From: Yuukianura sp. NJ FZ-2021
Taxonomy: Eukaryota
DNA length: 64,000 nt
Direction of reading: 5' to 3'
NCBI GenBank assembly: GCA_046563655.1
Contig: CM102289.1
Span: forward strand, 3,906,001-3,970,000
Part shown: in pieces, positions 62,893-64,000 of the stretch
How positions within the stretch are numbered: position 1 is the stretch's first letter
How the letters are laid out: the number at the start of each line of letters is the position of its first letter
The notes under the pieces: generated by a model
Seen by the model: the letters and a program-made list of their open reading frames with translations, nothing else
Told to the model about the DNA's origin: nothing
The model's database searches: none
Translations under genes and position numbers: made by a program

Positions 62893-64000
62893 TCAGACAC
62901 TGCTATCAGCCGAAACCAAAGTCTGGTCGCTGCCATCGTCTTCAACTTCCTTCTTCTTGGGATGCCCATTTCTTTTTGTGAGACAATGTATGGACAACGA
63001 TATTGAAAAAATTGACACAGGAATTGCGAGGATTCCCCACAAGAGAGGTGCGACAGCTTCCGACCTCTGTGCCGAAGGTTGAGGGTCAGTTGGGCATTCC
63101 TGCCAAAAAATCCCGTTAAGAAATTCGTTACTTCCGCTTCTTTCGAAGAAGTTAGCACATCTAGTTCCGATCACCGAAGTAGCAGAGTCTAAACGTTTGC
63201 AGAACTTTCTCAAATGATCAATCCTGGCAGCAAGTGCTCGTCCAGGACAGTTCTCAGATGGAGCGTCGGGTTCTGAAAAATTTCAAAAATTCAAAAACTT
63301 CAAAATGGCTAAATTAATTTGTTGTGCTGTTTTCTGTCTACCTGGATCTACATTGCACTGTGACAAAATGAAGGGTGTCCATTCGGATTGACTCGAGCAT
63401 AAACCAATGGCCTGCCATTCAGTACAAATTCCGTCCAATTGTTGAAAGAAATATGGGATTTGATGCAATTCGTGATCCCAGATTCTCTCGAGGTTACGCT
63501 CCAGTAATCCACAGCGATCCATGCCCATGTCCCACTAATTTTAGATCAACAAATCATAAAACAAGTAAGTAAATGAGAAGCGCAATTATTGTTGAGCATT
63601 TGCAATATTTGGGCTTTTCAGACTCATGCGCAAGTTATAGGCTTTGAATTAGGCTGTGAATATTTTTTACCACGCAATGCTTACCCGTTGGCTCCTTGCT
63701 TTCAGTGTTGTGGGTGACGGTGCAAGTGTGTTAGCACTGGAGGTCACGGTTGTGGTCAACTCGGTGGTCGTTGTTATTTCAGTGGTTGGAATTGGCGTGG
63801 ATGAGGTTTCGTTGATTCCGAAAAAATATTCTCCCTTTACCTAATAATTGTTCGAATTATTAATGTTGGTAATGTCCAACCTGATAACGGTAAAACTAGC
63901 CTTCATAGTAAAACATTTCTTACGCATCCAGAATGTTGCTGAAAATTTTGCAGAAAACGTCTGATAAAGACGTCGACGCTGAGGATAGAACAATTTTGTA
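62893..64000 (-). CDS. Cys-rich single-pass membrane protein with a Thr-rich mucin-like segment; 5' end probably outside the window
   Basis: Exons ~63840-63685 (TPIPTTEITTTTELTTTVTSS), ~63534-63342 and ~63272-62893 splice in frame; TM LLWGILAIPVSIFSISLSIHCL followed by a basic KRNGHPKKK tail. Confidence 0.7.

Overview
AT-rich, intron-containing arthropod genomic DNA. The gene content (F-box/LRR expansion, DUF4419, divergent 7TM chemoreceptor, ETH receptor with a single 3' module) suggests a springtail or other non-insect hexapod; that is inference only. Genes in order: 3' part of a GMC oxidoreductase (+), a matrix metalloproteinase with no hemopexin domain (-), an orphan Ser-rich ORF (+), F-box/LRR gene 1 (-), ecdysis-triggering-hormone receptor (+), intronless tetraspanin (-), a tandem pair of 4-exon microprotein genes of 85 and 83 aa not recovered by the ORF track (+), a DUF4419 gene (-), adipokinetic-hormone receptor (-), F-box/LRR gene 2 (-), a secreted CBM14 protein with a His-rich tail (+), secreted EndoU (-), a GR-like 7TM receptor (-), F-box/LRR gene 3 (+) and a Cys-rich single-pass membrane protein (-). 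There are many non-autonomous transposons and no transposase gene. The most notable are foldback MITEs with different arms but the same non-complementary ends (GGTTCCAGG...CCTGCTACG), two of them with perfect 8-bp TSDs; three DINE-1/HINE-like elements, one carrying a nested MITE; and a palindrome built from two outward-facing Helitron-like 3' ends. Exon boundaries were read by eye.
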